A stretch of 64,000 nt of DNA from Patescibacteria group bacterium (GTDB lineage Bacteria; Patescibacteriota; WWE3; JAMCXX01; JBBTUG01): assembly GCA_038063895.1 (NCBI GenBank), contig JBBTUG010000012.1:78165-142164 (forward strand), given 5' to 3'. Under the pieces are notes generated by a model. It was not told where the DNA came from. It worked only from the letters and a program-made list of their open reading frames with translations, and did no database searches. This document shows positions 17,500 through 28,122 of this stretch, in pieces. The position numbers were made by a program, and so were the translations under genes. Numbering within the stretch: the first letter of the stretch is position 1; each line of letters starts with the position of its first letter.

Positions 17500-18075
17500 T
17501 TACTCTTTCTTCGGTTTGGCAAAAGGCCAGCCCAAAAATTTTAACAGTAGATACCCCTCCTCATCCGTTCCGGCATTGGTCGTAACGTTAATACCTAAAG
17601 TTTTTATCCGGTCAACCCGATTCGGATTAATCTCCGGGAAAACCGTATGTTCCAAAAGTCCGAAGTTGTAGTTTCCTTTACCGTCAAAAGAAGCGCGGGG
17701 CAGGCCGTGAAAATCACGGACCCGGGGGAGGACGACGTGGATCAGCTTTTGGAGGAAACCCCACATCCGTTCCCCCCGCAACGTTACCACAAGGCCGATT
17801 GGCTCGCCAGCCCTTATTTTAAAACCGGCTTCGGCTTTCTTCGCGCGGCGGATAGCCGGCTGGAGACCGGTAATCGTTTTTAAATCGTCGCGGTAAGATG
17901 CTAGGAGCTTCGGATCGTCCTTCGCAACTCCGATACCCATATTCACAATGATTTTCACGGGTTTCGGACAGGCCATCGCCGTCTTTAACTTTAACTCCTG
18001 CATTAATTTATTTTTAACGTCTTTGTCGTAAAGACTTCTTAGTTCATTCATATTTCGGCCTGACACTTCCGGCAA
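17500..18075 (-). CDS. rplE: 50S ribosomal protein L5
   Basis: Position and length; GIGV..D conserved core. Confidence 0.85.
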   Translation of the reverse strand: MPEVSGRNMNELRSLYDKDVKNKLMQELKLKTAMACPKPVKIIVNMGIGVAKDDPKLLASYRDDLKTITGLQPAIRRAKKAEAGFKIRAGEPIGLVVTLRGERMWGFLQKLIHVVLPRVRDFHGLPRASFDGKGNYNFGLLEHTVFPEINPNRVDRIKTLGINVTTNAGTDEEGYLLLKFLGWPFAKPKKE

Positions 18076-18350
18076 ACCCGAATCTTGGCAGAGGAACTGA
18101 CTTTATAACCGATCCGGGTCGGCTGCTGACATTTAGGACAAAGCAACGCCACCTTGCCGACAGCTAGTGGCTTCTCAATTGCCTGAATTCCACCCTTGTT
18201 GCTTCCCGAAGCCTTAAGATGTTTTTTTACCGTATTCGCTCCGGCAACCAAAACCGAACCCGCCGAGCCATAAACATGGGTTACCTCCCCCGTTTTCCCC
18301 CGGTCTTTTCCTGACAATATTTTTACTTTATCGCCTTTGTGAATTTTCAT
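18048..18350 (-). CDS. rplX: 50S ribosomal protein L24
   Basis: MKIHKGDKVKILSGKDRGKTGEV (KOW motif). Confidence 0.9.
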   Translation of the reverse strand: MKIHKGDKVKILSGKDRGKTGEVTHVYGSAGSVLVAGANTVKKHLKASGSNKGGIQAIEKPLAVGKVALLCPKCQQPTRIGYKVSSSAKIRVCRKCQAEI

Positions 18351-18366
18351 ATTAATAACTTACTCT

Positions 18367-18735
18367 CTACCAAACCTCCGGCGCCAACGAAACTATTTTC
18401 GGATAATCCTTATCGCGCAACTCCCTCGCGACGGGACCGAAAATCCGGCTGCCCCGGGGATTACCGTCTTTATCAACTACCACCGCGGCGTTCTCATCGA
18501 AGCGGATATAGCTGCCGTCGCGGCGGCGACTTTCTTTCCGGAGACGGACGACCACCGCCCGAACAATTTCGTGATCCTTAACGATACCAGTCGGAATAGC
18601 CCCCCGGACGACGCAGGTAATTAACTCCCCCAAACCGGCCTCGAGTTTATTTGAGGCCTCCGGAATACCGACGACTTTCAATTTTTTGGCTCCGGAGTTG
18701 TCCGCGACGTTAAGAAGGGAATACCGTTGGATCAT
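18367..18735 (-). CDS. rplN: 50S ribosomal protein L14
   Basis: [23 protein letters not shown]. Confidence 0.9.
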   Translation of the reverse strand: MIQRYSLLNVADNSGAKKLKVVGIPEASNKLEAGLGELITCVVRGAIPTGIVKDHEIVRAVVVRLRKESRRRDGSYIRFDENAAVVVDKDGNPRGSRIFGPVARELRDKDYPKIVSLAPEVW

Positions 18736-18995
18736 TCTTTTTTACCCTTTCCGGCAGCGGGTGCGGCGACAACCTCAATCACTTTCCAAAACTTATCTCG
18801 GCTTAAAGGCCTGGTCTGCTCGATCACCACGACTGCGCCCAGTTCTAATTTCTCTTCGGTGTGGGCCTTAAATTTTTTCGTCGTTTTCTGCACCTTCTCG
18901 TAAAGAGGGTGTCTTTTGGACTTCTCTACGGCCACAACCACCGTTTTGTCCATCTTATTGGAAATAATTTTTCCGGTAAATTTTTTGTGAATCAT
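18732..18995 (-). CDS. rpsQ: 30S ribosomal protein S17
   Basis: [17 protein letters not shown]. Confidence 0.9.
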   Translation of the reverse strand: MIHKKFTGKIISNKMDKTVVVAVEKSKRHPLYEKVQKTTKKFKAHTEEKLELGAVVVIEQTRPLSRDKFWKVIEVVAAPAAGKGKKE

Positions 18996-19231
18996 AAATA
19001 TTTTTTCGCGTTTTCTTTACTCAGGGAAATCTCGGCGAGAAACTTTCTCTCGGTCATAACTGTTTTTATCCGGGCTAAATTCCGGCGTAATTTCCGGACC
19101 ACGTTAGTATCTTTAACTTTTCCCGATTGACCGGCGACTTTCTGATTAAAAAGCCCGAGCTCAGACTTTAACAATTGGGTATTCAGCTCTTCATCGGTTT
19201 GTTTCCGAAGGTCGCCTGTTGTCTGATTCAT
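18992..19231 (-). CDS. rpmC: 50S ribosomal protein L29
   Basis: Position and size; LRKQTDEELNTQLLKSELGLFN. Confidence 0.85.
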   Translation of the reverse strand: MNQTTGDLRKQTDEELNTQLLKSELGLFNQKVAGQSGKVKDTNVVRKLRRNLARIKTVMTERKFLAEISLSKENAKKYL

Positions 19232-19237
19232 AATATT

Positions 19238-19645
19238 TTATTTCTCCCCGATAAATTTAGTCCGGATCGGCAACTTCTGCGACGCCCTTAAAAGGGCTTC
19301 TTCGGCAACTATCCGGGTAACCCCGCCTATCTCGAAGATAATTCGTCCGGGGCGGACGACTGCGGCGTAATGATCAACCGGGCCCTTACCGCCACCCATC
19401 CGGATCTCCGGCGGCCTTTTCGTGACAGGCTTGTCCGGGAAAATCCGAATCCAAAGACGGCCGCCGCGCTTCGTGAAGTGGGAAATTGTCTTTCGGGCTG
19501 ATTCAAGTTGCCGTGCGGTCAGCCAGCAATTCTCCATAACTTTCAATCCGTAATCGCCGAAAGCCAAAGACGTCCCCCGGCTGGCCGGTCCTTTCATTAT
19601 CCCACGCATCTGACGGCGGTACTTGGCTCTTTTTGGTTGCAGCAT
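19238..19645 (-). CDS. rplP: 50S ribosomal protein L16
   Basis: MLQPKRAKYRRQMRG. Confidence 0.9.
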   Translation of the reverse strand: MLQPKRAKYRRQMRGIMKGPASRGTSLAFGDYGLKVMENCWLTARQLESARKTISHFTKRGGRLWIRIFPDKPVTKRPPEIRMGGGKGPVDHYAAVVRPGRIIFEIGGVTRIVAEEALLRASQKLPIRTKFIGEK

Positions 19646-19646
19646 A

Positions 19647-20282
19647 TTATTTCCCCTCGACCTCCCCTAAGTAAACCCAAACCTTAACTCCGATAGTCCC
19701 GTAACTGGTAAAAACGGTCGAACGGGCATAATTGATGTTCGCCCGCAAAGTCTGGGAAGGAACCGAACCTTTAACTACCTTTTCCCGCCGGCTGATGGAT
19801 GATGGCCCGGAAAGAACGCCGGAACAGATAATCTTCACACCTTTGGCCCCGCGGGACATTACTTTCTCGGCCGTGTTATTCATTACCCGGCGGATCGGCA
19901 TCCGCATTTTTATCTGACGGACAACATCCTCACCCACGAGCTTACCGGAAAGCTCCGGCACCTTGACCTCTTCAACCACCAGGTCTATCTTCCGGTCGAG
20001 GAGCTTATTCAACCCGGCCTTCAGAATGTTTAAGGTAGAACCGCCCCGTCCTATGACCACTCCCGGTCGGGAAACCTTCAATATTACTTTTATCTTCTCC
20101 GCTTCCCGCTCAATCTCTAAATCGGCAATTCCTGAAGAAGCGGCGTTTTCTTCCAGATAACGGCGGATGTAAACGTCCGCTAAAGCCGTCCGTCCATATT
20201 CCTGGCCCCTAGCAAACCAGCGTGATTTCCACTCCTGACTGACGCCCAATCGAAAACCTAACGGATGAGTTTTTTGTCCCAT
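19647..20282 (-). CDS. rpsC: 30S ribosomal protein S3
   Basis: MGQKTHPLGFRLGVSQEWKSRWFA. Confidence 0.9.
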   Translation of the reverse strand: MGQKTHPLGFRLGVSQEWKSRWFARGQEYGRTALADVYIRRYLEENAASSGIADLEIEREAEKIKVILKVSRPGVVIGRGGSTLNILKAGLNKLLDRKIDLVVEEVKVPELSGKLVGEDVVRQIKMRMPIRRVMNNTAEKVMSRGAKGVKIICSGVLSGPSSISRREKVVKGSVPSQTLRANINYARSTVFTSYGTIGVKVWVYLGEVEGK

Positions 20283-20623
20283 TATTTTTTATTAACCTCC
20301 CCCAGACTGACGGAAATGTGGCTGGTTCTTTTTAAAATCGGGTGCCAAACGCCCCGGGAAACCGGTTGTCCACGCTTTAGCATTGGACCGCCATCAACAC
20401 GGATTTCAGTAATCTTCAATTCTTCTTTTGTTTTTCCACTCAACTGACGGGCGTTCGCTGCCGCCGAAAGGAGAACTTTAAGCAGAAAATGGGCAGCTTT
20501 CTTCGGAGTCGTCCGCAGCAGCTTCTCCGCTTCAACAACCGTCAGACCGCGGATAGCGTCCACGACCAAGACGGCTTTCTTCGGCGAAATTTTTATATTA
20601 CTTAATTTGGCGGTGGCTTTCAT
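20282..20623 (-). CDS. rplV: 50S ribosomal protein L22
   Basis: KISPKKAVLVVDAIRGLTVVEAEKLL. Confidence 0.9.
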   Translation of the reverse strand: MKATAKLSNIKISPKKAVLVVDAIRGLTVVEAEKLLRTTPKKAAHFLLKVLLSAAANARQLSGKTKEELKITEIRVDGGPMLKRGQPVSRGVWHPILKRTSHISVSLGEVNKK

Positions 20624-20625
20624 AA

Positions 20626-20919
20626 TTAAACTCTACCTTCTGACAAGGCCGACTTGGAGCCGCGCTTTCCGTGTTTCCTAAAAGTCCGGGTTAAAGAAAA
20701 TTCCCCGAGACGGTGACCAACCATTGCTTCAACGACATAAACCGGAAAATGAGCCCTGCCGTTGTGGACTCCAATCGTCAGACCGACCATCTCCGGACTG
20801 ATCATTGACGCCCGCGCCCAAGTTTTAATGGGTTCGCGCGAACCGCTCTTTTTAGCGGCCAAAACTTTTTTTAATAATTTTTCGTCCAAATAAGGACCTT
20901 TTTTTAGACTTCGGCTCAT
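20626..20919 (-). CDS. rpsS: 30S ribosomal protein S19
   Basis: [19 protein letters not shown]...[23 protein letters not shown]. Confidence 0.9.
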   Translation of the reverse strand: MSRSLKKGPYLDEKLLKKVLAAKKSGSREPIKTWARASMISPEMVGLTIGVHNGRAHFPVYVVEAMVGHRLGEFSLTRTFRKHGKRGSKSALSEGRV

Positions 20920-21746
20920 CTTAAACCTCCCCTTCGGGAAACAATATATTTATTAGTGTGGTGACGGCGGCGGGTTTTAACTCCCCGGGCCGGTTTTCCC
21001 CACGGTGTTTTCGGACCGGGCATCCCCAACCCCGAACGGCCTTCGCCGCCTCCGTGCGGGTGGCTGCCGGGATGTTGGGCCACACCTCTGACCGTCGGTC
21101 TGATTCCCCGCATCCGGCTTCTTCCGGCTTTCCCCAGCTTAACATTTTTCCGGTCGATATTTCCCAGTTGTCCGATTGTGGCCCGGCAAACAGCCAGAAA
21201 TTTTCGGACTTCCCCGGATGGCAACTTAACCTGGACGTAACCCTTCTCTTCACGGGCAGTCACCATCGCCGCCGTTCCGGCGCCGCGGACTATCTGCCCG
21301 CCCCGGCCGGGATGAAGCTCCAAATTATGAATCGCTACACCGACGGGAACTTTCTCTAAAGGCAAGTTGTTGCCTAATACCGGTTCTGCTTCAAGACCTG
21401 AAACAACTGTATCACCGACCTTTAATCCCAAGGGAGCAGGAATGTAACGCTTCTCGCCATCCTGATAGGCTAACAAAGCGATACTTACCCCACGGTTCGG
21501 ATCATACTCAAGCGCCGTAACCTTCGCGGTAATATTATCTTTATTCCGTAAAAAATCAACTACCCGGAAAAGATGCAAGGTTCCCCCACCCCGGTGGCGG
21601 ATCGTTACCCTGCCGGCGGCATTCCGTCCTCCGTGACTTTTAATTTTGAGTAACAGACTTTTCTCCGGCGCCTTTTTCGATAAATCAGCCCGGCTGATAT
21701 CCTGCCGGAAACGGAGACTGGAGGTCACGGGTTTATAAGTTTTCAT
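20916..21746 (-). CDS. rplB: 50S ribosomal protein L2
   Basis: [16 protein letters not shown]...HPHGGGEGR. Confidence 0.9.
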   Translation of the reverse strand: MKTYKPVTSSLRFRQDISRADLSKKAPEKSLLLKIKSHGGRNAAGRVTIRHRGGGTLHLFRVVDFLRNKDNITAKVTALEYDPNRGVSIALLAYQDGEKRYIPAPLGLKVGDTVVSGLEAEPVLGNNLPLEKVPVGVAIHNLELHPGRGGQIVRGAGTAAMVTAREEKGYVQVKLPSGEVRKFLAVCRATIGQLGNIDRKNVKLGKAGRSRMRGIRPTVRGVAQHPGSHPHGGGEGRSGLGMPGPKTPWGKPARGVKTRRRHHTNKYIVSRRGGLR

Positions 21747-22057
21747 TTCTTTTCGCCTTTCTTCTCTTTTTCACCAATACCGAAATCCAGCTTCTGACCT
21801 TCTTTTAGCGTCACTATTACTTTCCGCAAAGAGGGCCCGCGGGCGGAATAACGGTACCTGGCTAACAAACGCTGCGAAACCGGCACCTTGGAACTGTTAA
21901 CCTTGACCACAGACACCTTGTACATTTTCTCCAAAGCCCTTTTAATCTCAGGCTTCCCGGCCTGCCGTCCGACCAAAAGAGAATACTTATTCTCCTTGAG
22001 CTGGCTGGAGCTCTTTTCGGTCTGCAATTGTTTAACTATTAAATCTTTAAGTTCCAT
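21743..22057 (-). CDS. rplW: 50S ribosomal protein L23
   Basis: Position and size; KYSLLVGRQAGKPEIKRALEKMYKVSVVKVN. Confidence 0.85.
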   Translation of the reverse strand: MELKDLIVKQLQTEKSSSQLKENKYSLLVGRQAGKPEIKRALEKMYKVSVVKVNSSKVPVSQRLLARYRYSARGPSLRKVIVTLKEGQKLDFGIGEKEKKGEKK

Positions 22058-22059
22058 AT

Positions 22060-22704
22060 TTACGCCGTTTTAGTGATAAATTTTTCCAGAGCGGTAAGAC
22101 TGACTTTCGAGAGAACGACTCTTTTTACCCGGGCCACGGAAAAAGCATTGAGTGAATCAACGGCCTCGATCTCGACCATTGGCAAATTTCTTCCGACCCG
22201 GACCAGATCTTCCTCGCCTTTGGTCCTGATAAAAAGAACTTTTCCCCCGAGATTCAAATCTCCCATTTTTTTAACCAAATCCTTGGTTTTAGACTCTTTC
22301 CCGAAAGAAAAATTATCCCAAACGTCAACTTTTCCCGCTTGGGCTTTAAGAGACAGAGCTGAAAGCAGTGCCCCTCTTTTCATTTTCGACGGCAGGTAAA
22401 GCGACCAATCTTTAGGTTTTGGTCCGTGAACAACTCCGCCGCCAACCCATTGCGGCGCCCGGATTGATCCTTGACGGGCCCGACCGGTACCTTTTTGCCG
22501 CCACGGTTTACGGCCGCCACCGGAAACCTCGCCCTTGGTTTTAGTTGAGGCATTACCAGCCCGCTGGTTGGCAAAATAGACCCTTAGATACTGGGCCAAA
22601 AGATCGGTATTTACCGGAACGTTGAATATCTTTTCCGGTAATTTGCTGTCCTCCGTTGTAACCGCCTCGGCCGGCTTAACTGCCGCCTTTTTTGTTTTTT
22701 CCAT
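22060..22704 (-). CDS. rplD: 50S ribosomal protein L4
   Basis: GGGRKPWRQKGTGRARQGS. Confidence 0.9.
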   Translation of the reverse strand: MEKTKKAAVKPAEAVTTEDSKLPEKIFNVPVNTDLLAQYLRVYFANQRAGNASTKTKGEVSGGGRKPWRQKGTGRARQGSIRAPQWVGGGVVHGPKPKDWSLYLPSKMKRGALLSALSLKAQAGKVDVWDNFSFGKESKTKDLVKKMGDLNLGGKVLFIRTKGEEDLVRVGRNLPMVEIEAVDSLNAFSVARVKRVVLSKVSLTALEKFITKTA

Positions 22705-22705
22705 A

Positions 22706-23143
22706 TTATTTAATTGAAAGGCTTACCTCTCCATTCCGTCCCCCCGGAACCGGGCCGCTAACACCGAGTTTCTTATTCTCTTGGTCTATTAATATTAGCT
22801 TCAAGCCCTTCACAGTAACATTATTGTTACCCATCCGGCCGGCCATCCGCTTGCCTTTATAAACGCGTCCCGGGGTGGTTGTTCCGCCGATAGAGCCCGG
22901 TCCCCGATGCCGGTCGGATTGTCCGTGAGTCGCCGGACCGCCTTTGAAGTGGTGAAGCTTAACAACCCCCTGAAAACCTTTACCCTTAGAAACACTGCGG
23001 ATCACCACTGGTGATCCGAGGGAAAGATCCGACCAAACGCGGTCATCCGTACCGATTAGGGAAAGAAGGGTTACCGGAACCACTTTCCCGTCCGGATTAA
23101 AAATCTGGGTCATTTCAATTTTTTTTGCTTTCAGTTTCAACAT
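22706..23143 (-). CDS. rplC: 50S ribosomal protein L3, unusually short (145 aa; about 60-75 aa of the usual middle region absent)
   Basis: N-terminus KKIEMTQIFNPDGKVVPVTLL and C-terminal SKGKGFQGVVKLHHFKGGPATHGQSDRHRGPGSIGGTTTPGRVYKGKRMAG are both L3-like. The segment that normally lies between them is replaced by about 22 residues. Confidence 0.85.
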   Translation of the reverse strand: MLKLKAKKIEMTQIFNPDGKVVPVTLLSLIGTDDRVWSDLSLGSPVVIRSVSKGKGFQGVVKLHHFKGGPATHGQSDRHRGPGSIGGTTTPGRVYKGKRMAGRMGNNNVTVKGLKLILIDQENKKLGVSGPVPGGRNGEVSLSIK

Positions 23144-23177
23144 ATTTTATCTGCGTAAATCTTTTCCTATCCAACAA

Positions 23178-23205
23178 AAAAGGCGCTTCCCTGGCGCCCA
23201 GTAAA
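23178..23205 (-). terminator. Short GC hairpin + U6 tract on the minus strand about 35 nt upstream of the rplC start codon; candidate leader attenuator
   Basis: Minus strand reads ggcgc-cagggaa-gcgcc-TTTTTTgttgg. The stem is only 5-6 bp. Confidence 0.4.
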
Positions 23206-23491
23206 GAATCCAAAGCCAGACTCAGCCTAGATCTACGGATCAGCGGTTATGAAATGCTTCCGGCGCCTTACCATCAGTATATTAACAAAACAGTACCCTG
23301 GCGGGCTACCGCCAAGATGGACAGATTATATCGGACAATGACGGCCTCGTCAAGCCTAAAGTAAAGCAGGTTAAGCCAGTAGATTAAGCTCGCACCATCT
23401 TGGAAGGTAGCCTATAATAGCAGAGCTGGGGGGGGCTAGCTCTACGCCAAATCGACCGAAGCCAGCTTCACTTGATTTTCGCTCGTCGGAA

Positions 23492-24211
23492 TTGGACAAT
23501 GCACTAGCTATGATTCTTGAACAGGAGTTACATCCGATACAAATGAATATTTTAAGGACGCTGCTTTTTATCCCGGCCGCCCGTTTTACCCAGCTCAACA
23601 ATCAAAAAATAGGCACTGACCAGTTTAACTTTCATCTAAAAAGACTGTTGGCTTTAAGCCTCGTCGAGAAACAAGGGGCAAGATATTATTCACTGACCAT
23701 CAAGGGAAAGGAGGCCGCCAACCAAATGGACACCGACACGGCCACCTTCGAGAAGCAGGCTAAAGTTGCTGTGTTGATCGTCGGCGTCCGTCGACAGCGT
23801 AATCGCCAAGAATTCTTAGTGCAAAAAAGATTAAAACAGCCCTATTACGGTTTCCATGGCTTTATCTCCGGCAAAGTTCGGTGGGGAGAAATATTGAAAG
23901 AAGCGGCGGCTAGAGAATTTAAAGAAGAAGCGGGGCTTTCGACAAGGCTGGAACTTAAAGGAATTAAGCATAAAATCGATTACGATCAAAGCGGTCTGCT
24001 CCTTGAGGATAAGTATTTTTTTGTCTTTCGGGCCAATAATCCCAGCGGGAAGTTGATCAATAAATTTGAGGGCGGCGAGAATTCGTGGCTGACAAGAGAA
24101 GACATACTTCGACTACCACAACTATTTGACGGAGTCGACGAGTCTCTAAAAATTATTTTGGGACGAAGACTATTATTTAGTGAAGACAAATATAACGTCA
24201 GCCACTATTAG
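23492..24211 (+). CDS. Winged-helix (MarR-like) DNA-binding domain fused to a C-terminal NUDIX hydrolase domain; encoded antisense between rpsJ and rplC
   Basis: Nudix box GFISGKVRWGEILKEAAAREFKEEAGL. N-terminal region IQMNILRTLLFIPAARFTQL...FHLKRLLALSLVEKQG...YSLTIKG is wHTH-like. Confidence 0.75.
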   Translation: MDNALAMILEQELHPIQMNILRTLLFIPAARFTQLNNQKIGTDQFNFHLKRLLALSLVEKQGARYYSLTIKGKEAANQMDTDTATFEKQAKVAVLIVGVRRQRNRQEFLVQKRLKQPYYGFHGFISGKVRWGEILKEAAAREFKEEAGLSTRLELKGIKHKIDYDQSGLLLEDKYFFVFRANNPSGKLINKFEGGENSWLTREDILRLPQLFDGVDESLKIILGRRLLFSEDKYNVSHY

Positions 24212-24264
24212 TCAAAGAAGGAAGAACCAAACACAGACCAAGGGAATCGGTGCTAGTCACCAAC

Positions 24265-24579
24265 TTACATTTTAATCTCAATTCCCACCCCGGCTGGGAG
24301 GGAGAGATTGGAGAGGCTTTCAATGGTTTTCGGAGTCGGTTCGTAAATATCAATCAGTCTTTTGTGGGTCCTGATTTCGAAAGCTTCGTGCGATCTTTTG
24401 TCAACGTGAGGACCGCGGATGACGGTCTGTCTTTCAATATCAGTGGGAAGAGGAATAGGACCAACCACTTTTGCCCCCGTACGGATGGCGGTCTCAATGA
24501 TACTTTCAGTCGTCCGGTCAATAACCCGGCTGTCATAGGCTTTTAAGCGAACTCGGATGCGTGATTCTTTCTTTGCCAT
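24265..24579 (-). CDS. rpsJ: 30S ribosomal protein S10
   Basis: [46 protein letters not shown]. Confidence 0.9.
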   Translation of the reverse strand: MAKKESRIRVRLKAYDSRVIDRTTESIIETAIRTGAKVVGPIPLPTDIERQTVIRGPHVDKRSHEAFEIRTHKRLIDIYEPTPKTIESLSNLSLPAGVGIEIKM

Positions 24580-24635
24580 TTTCTGGTACCTTAAACTTTA
24601 GGGGGCATTTAAAAGAGCAGAGAACCGTCCCTGAA

Positions 24636-25826
24636 TTAGGCTACGACTTTTGATACGACACCCGCCCCGACGGTGTGGCCACCTTCGCGGATTGCAAACC
24701 TTAACCCCTCTTCGAGCGCAACCGGAGTAATCAGTTTTACTTTTGCCTTGACGTTATCACCGGGCATAACCATCTCGGTTCCGGCCGAAAGCATCGCCTC
24801 GCCAGTCACATCCGTTGTCCGGAAGTAGAACTGTGGCCGGTAGCCGGTGAAGAACGGAGTATGGCGGCCGCCCTCTTCTTTCGTCAGAATATAAATCTCA
24901 GCCTCAAACTCAGTGTGGGGCTTGACACTGCCGGGAGCGGCAAGAACCTGACCGCGCTCAACATCCGTCCGTTCAATTCCGCGGAGCAGAATCCCGACGT
25001 TGTCACCGGCCTGTCCCTCATCCATCGATTTTTTAAACATCTCCACTCCGGTAACAACGGTTTTCTGCGTTTCCCGGATACCGACAATTTCGATCTCTTC
25101 GTTCAGTTTAACACGGCCACGCTCAATCCTTCCGGTAACTACCGTTCCCCGGCCCATAATGGAGAAAATATCTTCAACCGGCATCAGGAAAGGCTTATCG
25201 AGCTCACGAACAGGCGTCGGGATGTACTCATCAACTGCGGCCATCAACTCTTCGATACTTTTTACCGCCGCCGGATCACCCTCAAGAGCTTTAAGAGCGC
25301 TACCGCGGATAACCGGAATCTTGTCACCCGGGAACTGGTATTTTGTCAGGAGCTCACGAATCTCGACTTCAACCAGGTCAAGCAACTCTTTATCATCAAC
25401 CATGTCACACTTGTTCATAAAAACGACAACTGCGGGAACGTTAACCTGGTGGGCTAAAAGGATGTGCTCCCGGGTTTGGGGCATCGGTCCGTCAGGAGCG
25501 GAGACGACTAAAATCGCGCCATCCATTTGGGCGGCGCCGGTAATCATGTTCTTAATATAATCCGCGTGACCAGGACAATCGATGTGGGCGTAGTGGCGCT
25601 TTTCGGTTTCGTACTCGACGTGGGCGATGGAGATCGTAATCCCGCGTTCACGCTCTTCCGGAGCGGCGTCGATTGAGTCGAAAGGACGGTAGCTTGCCCC
25701 GCCTTTACCGGCGAGAACTTTCGTAATCGCAGAAGTCAGAGTGGTTTTCCCATGGTCAACGTGACCAATGGTACCAACGTTTAAATGCGGTTTGTTCCTT
25801 TCGTATTTTTGTCTTGTTTCAGCCAT
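24636..25826 (-). CDS. tuf: Elongation factor Tu
   Basis: [19 protein letters not shown]...[26 protein letters not shown]. Confidence 0.95.
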   Translation of the reverse strand: MAETRQKYERNKPHLNVGTIGHVDHGKTTLTSAITKVLAGKGGASYRPFDSIDAAPEERERGITISIAHVEYETEKRHYAHIDCPGHADYIKNMITGAAQMDGAILVVSAPDGPMPQTREHILLAHQVNVPAVVVFMNKCDMVDDKELLDLVEVEIRELLTKYQFPGDKIPVIRGSALKALEGDPAAVKSIEELMAAVDEYIPTPVRELDKPFLMPVEDIFSIMGRGTVVTGRIERGRVKLNEEIEIVGIRETQKTVVTGVEMFKKSMDEGQAGDNVGILLRGIERTDVERGQVLAAPGSVKPHTEFEAEIYILTKEEGGRHTPFFTGYRPQFYFRTTDVTGEAMLSAGTEMVMPGDNVKAKVKLITPVALEEGLRFAIREGGHTVGAGVVSKVVA

Positions 25827-25901
25827 AATTTCCTCAAAAAGCAGAGTCCTTACCGGACTCAGATAAGATTAAAGGTTAGCAGGTGTTTTGTCAATCCCTT
25901 T

Positions 25902-28031
25902 TTAGCGACCGGCTTCGGCACCGATAATTTTTTGTCCGACGTTATCGGGAACCTCCTGGTAGTGGCTGGGTTCCATGGCAAAAACCCCACGGCCCTGGGT
26001 TAAGGAACGGACGCTGGTCGCGTAACCGAACATCTCGGATAACGGAACCAGCGCATCAATAGCCCTGACGTTACCGCGGGATTCGGTTCCCGAAATAGTC
26101 GCCCGGCGAGAAGAAAGATCCCCGATAACTTCACCCATATATTCTTCCGGGACAGTCACCTCTAACTTCATAATCGGTTCGAGAAAAACGGGCGAAGCGC
26201 GGCGGGCCCCTTCGCGAGTGGCTTCTGAAGCGGCAATTTTAAAGGCCATTTCGGAGGAATCAACATCGTGGTAACTGCCGTCAAAAACCGTAATTTTCAG
26301 GTCGGTCAGAGGGTAGCCGGACAAAACTCCCTTGTCGAGGGCTTCCCGGACACCCTTTTCCACGGCCGGAACGAACTCAATGGGAATTGATCCACCTTTA
26401 ATTTTATTTTCAAATTCGAATCCTTGCCCAGGTGGGAGAGGCTCAAGACGGAGAAAGACGTGCCCGTACTGACCGCGCCCGCCAGACTGGTGGACGTACT
26501 TCCCCTCCTGCTCGACCAGTTTTCGGATCGTTTCCCGGTAGGCGACTTGCGGGCGGCCGACGTTAGCCTCAACTTTAAACTCCCGGCGCATCCGGTCAAC
26601 AATAATTTCCAAGTGCAACTCCCCCATTCCGGAGATAATAACCTGGCCGGTTTCCTGATCGGTGCGCACCTTAAAGGTCGGGTCTTCTTCGGCAAATTTC
26701 CGGATAGCCAAGCCCATTTTTTCCTGATCGACCTTGGTTTTTGGCTCAATCGCAACGGAAACAACCGGTTCGGGAAACTTAATGGATTCCAGAATAATAG
26801 GCTTACCGTCATCCGAGAGAGTATCACCCGTGAAAGTATCTTTGAGTCCGACGGCGGCGCCAATTTCTCCGGCGACCAAATCGGCTACCTCTTCACGGTC
26901 GTTAGCATGCATCAACAGTAATCGGCTAAGACGCTCCTTCAGGTCACGGCGGGTATTTTGAACATACGTCCCGGCCGTCAATTTACCGGAATAAACGCGG
27001 ATGTAGGTCAGACGGCCGACGTAAGGATCGGTCTGAACTTTAAAAGCTAGAGCCGCCAACGGGGCGTCGGGATCGGCGATGCGGGATTCCGCTTCACCGG
27101 TTTTAGGACTCGTACCGGTTACCGGGGGCAGATCCATCGGCGACGGCAGGTATTCAACAGCCGCATCCAAAATTGAACGGACCAGACCCTTCCGGGCATC
27201 GCCGCCCAGAACCGGGAAAAGTTTTCCGGAGGTAGTTCCCGCACGAAGAGCTCTCCGCAAAGTCATTGTACTGGCCGGTTCTCCGGCCAGATATTTTTCC
27301 ATCAACTCCTGATCAAAATCAGCCGCCTTCTCCAGCAGCAGGTCGCGGTACTTCTCGACCTGTTCTTTCATCTCAACCGGAATTTCCTCGACCTTCACTT
27401 CGGAACCGTTTTCATTACCGTAAACAAAGGACTTAAGCAGAACTAAATCAACGTAGCCCCTAAGTTCCGACTCGCGTCCGATCGGTAACTGGATGGCGAC
27501 AGCATTGGCGCCCAGCTTCTCACGGATTGAATTAAGGCTCATCACAAAATCGCCGCCGATGAGGTTCAGTTTATTAACGTAGCAAATCCGGGGAACGTGA
27601 TATTTATCGGCTTGGCGCCAGACGGTTTCGGATTGCGGTTCCACGCCACACTTGCCGTCAAAAACCACAACCGCCCCGTCCAAAACCCGCAGTGACCTCT
27701 CGACCTCAGCGGTAAAGTCGACGTGACCGGGCGTATCAATGATATTAATCCGGTGTGGGCCTAAGTCAGGCTCATCGACCGGTTGCCACAAACAAGTAGT
27801 TGCCGCCGAGGTAATAGTAATACCCCGTTCCCGTTCCTGGGCCATCCAGTCCATTTGGGTTGTCCCTTCATCAATATTCCCGATCTTGTGAATGATTCCC
27901 GTGAGGTAAAGAACGGTTTCGGTAGTGGTTGTTTTCCCGGCGTCAATGTGAGCGATAATCCCAATGTTACGGATTTTTGACAGCGGGATTAATTTTTCTT
28001 TTTCAACATCAAGCTTCGTCGGCATATTCAA
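25902..28031 (-). CDS. fusA: Elongation factor G (start at TTG 28031 or ATG 28025)
   Basis: [19 protein letters not shown]...DTPGHVDFT... 709 aa. Confidence 0.95.
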   Translation of the reverse strand: MNMPTKLDVEKEKLIPLSKIRNIGIIAHIDAGKTTTTETVLYLTGIIHKIGNIDEGTTQMDWMAQERERGITITSAATTCLWQPVDEPDLGPHRINIIDTPGHVDFTAEVERSLRVLDGAVVVFDGKCGVEPQSETVWRQADKYHVPRICYVNKLNLIGGDFVMSLNSIREKLGANAVAIQLPIGRESELRGYVDLVLLKSFVYGNENGSEVKVEEIPVEMKEQVEKYRDLLLEKAADFDQELMEKYLAGEPASTMTLRRALRAGTTSGKLFPVLGGDARKGLVRSILDAAVEYLPSPMDLPPVTGTSPKTGEAESRIADPDAPLAALAFKVQTDPYVGRLTYIRVYSGKLTAGTYVQNTRRDLKERLSRLLLMHANDREEVADLVAGEIGAAVGLKDTFTGDTLSDDGKPIILESIKFPEPVVSVAIEPKTKVDQEKMGLAIRKFAEEDPTFKVRTDQETGQVIISGMGELHLEIIVDRMRREFKVEANVGRPQVAYRETIRKLVEQEGKYVHQSGGRGQYGHVFLRLEPLPPGQGFEFENKIKGGSIPIEFVPAVEKGVREALDKGVLSGYPLTDLKITVFDGSYHDVDSSEMAFKIAASEATREGARRASPVFLEPIMKLEVTVPEEYMGEVIGDLSSRRATISGTESRGNVRAIDALVPLSEMFGYATSVRSLTQGRGVFAMEPSHYQEVPDNVGQKIIGAEAGR

Positions 28032-28043
28032 TATGAAGTAAAA

Positions 28044-28109
28044 CCACTAATACCCTTCACTAATTAACCGCTAATCGATTCGTGATCTATTCGTGGAGAA
28101 GATTCGTGG
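28044..28109. promoter_or_regulatory. 66-bp perfectly symmetric element with three CCAC(T/G)AAT octamers per arm around a central AATCGATT, copy B, in the rpsG-fusA intergenic region
   Basis: ccactaat-N5-tcactaat-N4-cgctaat-cg-attcgtga-N3-attcgtgg-N5-attcgtgg. Arm positions are mirror-symmetric about 28076/28077. About 90% identical to the copy at 32773..32838 in inverted orientation. Confidence 0.7.
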
Positions 28110-28122
28110 CGTTTGTTCCTTT

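Noticed and set aside
23330-23460. Possible SRP (4.5S) RNA because of a GGAAGG-AGC-like stretch
   Set aside because: It lacks the conserved GGUGCUGUUUACC / AGCAGCCAAGG helix-8 sequence, and only a short similarity was seen.
23125-23601. ORFs 23125..23364(+) and 23371..23601(-) in the rplC leader
   Set aside because: They overlap a hairpin- and terminator-rich non-coding leader and the start of the Nudix gene, have low-complexity products and no RBS. Treated as non-coding.
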